Shown: in pieces, positions 61,344 through 64,000 of the stretch
How positions within the stretch are numbered: position 1 is the stretch's first letter
How the letters are laid out: each line of letters starts with the position of its first letter
Source of the DNA: an uncultured Acidobacteriota bacterium
Lineage (GTDB): Bacteria; Acidobacteriota; Thermoanaerobaculia; UBA5066; Gp7-AA6
DNA length: 64,000 bases
Assembly: GCA_963764715.1 (NCBI GenBank)
Contig: CAVXTP010000010.1
Location: 192,001 to 256,000, forward strand
Reading direction: 5' to 3'
Notes under the pieces: generated by a model
What the model was told of the DNA's origin: nothing
Seen by the model: only the letters and a program-made list of their open reading frames with translations
The model's database searches: none
Program-made: the position numbers and the translations under genes

Positions 61344-61769
61344 ATGGGCAAGCTCGCCAGCACCAAGACGCACGAGAATCTCAAGCACGCTTTCGCCGGG
61401 GAGTCCCAGGCGAACCGCCGCTACATGTACTTCGCGCGCCGCGCCGACATCGAGGGCTATCCCGACGTCGGCGGCCTCTTCCGTGACACGGCGGAGGCCG
61501 AGACCGGCCATGCCTTCGGGCACCTCGACTTCCTCAAGGAGGTCGGCGACCCGGCGACGGGCTTCGCGATCGGCGGGACGGACCTCAACCTCAAGTCGGC
61601 CGTCGAGGGCGAGACCTACGAGTACACGCAGATGTACCCGGGCTTCGCGAAGACCGCCCGCGAGGAGGGCTTCACCGAGGTCGCCGAATGGTTCGAGACC
61701 CTCGCGCGCGCCGAGAAGTCGCACGCGGGCCGGTTCCAGAAGGGCCTCGACACGCTCGGCAAGCTCTAG
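61344..61769 (+). CDS. Rubrerythrin, short form without rubredoxin domain
   Basis: [34 protein letters not shown] di-iron motifs; AGGAG RBS. Confidence 0.93.
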   Translation: MGKLASTKTHENLKHAFAGESQANRRYMYFARRADIEGYPDVGGLFRDTAEAETGHAFGHLDFLKEVGDPATGFAIGGTDLNLKSAVEGETYEYTQMYPGFAKTAREEGFTEVAEWFETLARAEKSHAGRFQKGLDTLGKL

Positions 61770-61800
61770 TGCCGGAAGGCACGGATTCCGGGAGGCGGGG

Positions 61801-63087
61801 TTGAGCTTCGATCCCGCCTCCCGCGGGTTCTTCGATCGGGCGGCGGTCGACCGGGAGCTCCGGCGGGTGGCGGACATCTGCCACACCTGCCGGCGCTGCT
61901 ACAACCTCTGCCCGTCCTTCGACGTCCTCTTCCGGGCGCTCGATCGCCCGGAGGTCGACGGGGAGGTCGAGCGGCTGACGCCCGGCGACCTCGGCCTGTT
62001 CTCGGACCTCTGCTTCGAGTGCAAGCTCTGCATTCCGCACTGTCCCTACTACCCGCCGCACCGCTGGGACGTCGACGTCCCGCGCCTGGTGCTCCGCGAC
62101 CGGGCGAGCCGGGTCCAGAACGAGGGCAAGCCCGCCTTCCGCGACCGCATCCTGGCCTCGGTCGACGCCGTCGGGCGGGTCGCGACGTTCGCGGCGCCCG
62201 TCGTCAACGCCCTGAACGAGAGCCGCCTGGCGCGGGTCCTGATGGAAAAGACGCTCGGCGTCCACCGCGACCGGCTCCTCCCGACCTGGGCCGGAGAGAC
62301 GTTCGTGCGGTGGTGGGAGCGTCGCGGCGGCGCCACGGAGCCCTCCGCGGCCGCCCCTCCCGGCGAGCGCGTCGCGCTCTTCGTGACCTGCGCGGTCAAC
62401 GCCAACGCCCCCGAGGTCGCCCGGGCGGCCGTCGCGGTCCTCGAGAAGAACGGCTGTGAGGTCGTGGTTCCTCCCCAGCGCTGCTGCGGGATGCCGTTCC
62501 TCGAGAGCGGCGACCTCGAGTCGGCGAAGGACTGCCGGCGCGACAACGTCGCGACGCTCCTGCCGTTCGTCCGCGCCGGCTACACCATCGTTTCGCCGGG
62601 GCCGACCTGCAGCCTCACGCTCAAGAAGGAGTACCCGGTGATCGGCCCGGAGGAGGAGGCAAAGGAGGTCGCCGCAAAGACGCTCGACCTCTGCGAGTAC
62701 CTCATGCGCCGGCACGCCGCCGGCCGCCTCGCGACCGACTTTCAGCGCTCGCCGGGCAAGATCGTGTACCACGTTCCGTGCCACCTCAAGGTCCAGGACA
62801 TCGGCTTCAAGTCGCGCGACCTTCTCCAGCTGATCCCCGGCAGCGAGGTCGTGACCGTCGAGAAGTGCACCGGCCACGACGGCACCTGGAGCATGAAGAC
62901 CGAGTACTTCCCGATCTCGATGAGGTTCGGCCGCCCCGTGTTCGACGCCGTCGCCCGGGAGAACCCCGACCGCGTCGCGACCGACTGCGCCCTCGCCGGG
63001 GTCCAGATCCGCCAGGGCACCGGCAAGACTCCCAAGCACCCGATCCAGATCGTGGCCGAAGCCTACGGTCTGCGCGACGAGGTCTGA
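61801..63087 (+). CDS. Rubrerythrin-associated Fe-S oxidoreductase (GlpC/HdrD-like, CCG domains)
   Basis: CHTCRRCYNLCP, CFECKLCIPHCP, RCCG, YHVPCH, KCTG, TDC motifs; GGAGG before TTG 61801. Confidence 0.85.
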   Translation: MSFDPASRGFFDRAAVDRELRRVADICHTCRRCYNLCPSFDVLFRALDRPEVDGEVERLTPGDLGLFSDLCFECKLCIPHCPYYPPHRWDVDVPRLVLRDRASRVQNEGKPAFRDRILASVDAVGRVATFAAPVVNALNESRLARVLMEKTLGVHRDRLLPTWAGETFVRWWERRGGATEPSAAAPPGERVALFVTCAVNANAPEVARAAVAVLEKNGCEVVVPPQRCCGMPFLESGDLESAKDCRRDNVATLLPFVRAGYTIVSPGPTCSLTLKKEYPVIGPEEEAKEVAAKTLDLCEYLMRRHAAGRLATDFQRSPGKIVYHVPCHLKVQDIGFKSRDLLQLIPGSEVVTVEKCTGHDGTWSMKTEYFPISMRFGRPVFDAVARENPDRVATDCALAGVQIRQGTGKTPKHPIQIVAEAYGLRDEV

Positions 63088-63089
63088 CC

Positions 63090-63671
63090 ATGGATCCCCT
63101 GACCCCCGAGGACATCCGCAACCTCCACGAGTACGAGCTGGAGCGGCCGGCCTTCCGCGGCCGCGTCATCGAGCAGAAGCGCCGGCGGCGCGTCGCGCTC
63201 GGGCCCCTCATGACGCTCGTCTTCGAGAACCGCGACACGGTCCGGTTCCAGATCCAGGAGATGCTCCGGGTCGAGCGGATCGTGCAGCCCGACAAGGTCC
63301 TCCACGAGATCGAGACCTACAACGGCCTGCTCCCCGGACCGGGAGAGGTCGCCGCGACGCTCTTCATCGAGATCACGGACCAGGGCCGGATCCAGGAGAT
63401 CCTCGACGGCTTCATCGGGCTCGACGAGCCGGGACGGCTGCTCCTGCGGATCGGGGAAACGGCGTATCCGGCCGTGTTCGCCCCCGGGCAGAGCCGCGAG
63501 GACCGGATCTCGGCGGTGCATTACATCCGCTTCCCGCTGGGAGTCGCGGGCCGCGAGGCCCTCGCTTCGGGCGCCGAAGCCGCGCTCGAAGTTTCGCAGG
63601 GCGAGTACCGCGCGCGGCAGGTCCTCGCGCGGGAGACGGTCGAGGAGCTCCTCGGGGACCTGCGCCCCTAG
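63090..63671 (+). CDS. DUF3501 family protein
   Basis: KRRRRVALG..FENRDTVRFQIQEMLRVE..YN.LLP..ATLFIE..SAVHYIRF. Confidence 0.85.
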   Translation: MDPLTPEDIRNLHEYELERPAFRGRVIEQKRRRRVALGPLMTLVFENRDTVRFQIQEMLRVERIVQPDKVLHEIETYNGLLPGPGEVAATLFIEITDQGRIQEILDGFIGLDEPGRLLLRIGETAYPAVFAPGQSREDRISAVHYIRFPLGVAGREALASGAEAALEVSQGEYRARQVLARETVEELLGDLRP

Positions 63672-63931
63672 GGGCGGGCGCCCTGCGGGAGCCACACCGG
63701 AACGCCCGCGGGAAGCGCGATCCCCGGCGGCAGGGGCGACTCCGCGCAGACCGCGACGAGCTCGACGGGGTCGAGCGCCGACCAGGCGACGCCGGCGCGG
63801 GCGAGGGCGGCCATCGCGCGGGGACCCACACGAACGTGGCGCGCGCTCTCGACGATCCACTCGCGCGGCGCCGAGCGCAGCGCCGCCCGGGCGCGCCGCG
63901 TGTCGACCGCTCCTTCGAGCAAGAGGGCCAT
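63668..63931 (-). CDS. Hypothetical protein (may extend past the window edge)
   Basis: ORF convergent on the DUF3501 gene with a 4-nt stop overlap; no motif recognised. Confidence 0.35.
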   Translation of the reverse strand: MALLLEGAVDTRRARAALRSAPREWIVESARHVRVGPRAMAALARAGVAWSALDPVELVAVCAESPLPPGIALPAGVPVWLPQGARP

Positions 63932-64000
63932 GCGCGGCGCGCCGTCGCCGCGAGCGTGCGCGCCGGAACCCGGGCTCGACGCGGCGACGGGCCGCAGCCC

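Overview
Very GC-rich, gene-dense bacterial chromosomal window. It is probably from a diderm: it encodes porin-like, OMF and FadL proteins. The Cys-containing C-terminal SLH repeats suggest Acidobacteriota (Thermoanaerobaculia-like); this is inference. Main content, in order: end of a DcaP-like porin, PPK2, SulP, a GH63/MGH1-like glycosidase, an S1/P1- or PLC-like protein with a probable beta-barrel, an RND efflux trio, pgl and an aldose epimerase, an ECF sigma with a YciI-type partner, a complete hydroxyproline catabolic operon, msrA, pirin, a large SLH-anchored zinc metalloprotease, tRNA-Ala(CGC), selD, two Ser/Thr kinases, gcvTH-PA-PB, a DAK2-DegV fusion, FadL plus an SGNH hydrolase, efp, an M23 peptidase, and a PerR-like/rubrerythrin/Fe-S oxidoreductase/DUF3501 operon divergent from a large GltD/NfnB-NfnA-like fusion flavoprotein. 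No CRISPR array, transposase, integrase or prophage was seen. Several short structured intergenic elements and a recurrent leaderless-promoter signature are present. All family calls come from reading motifs by eye; no searches were run.
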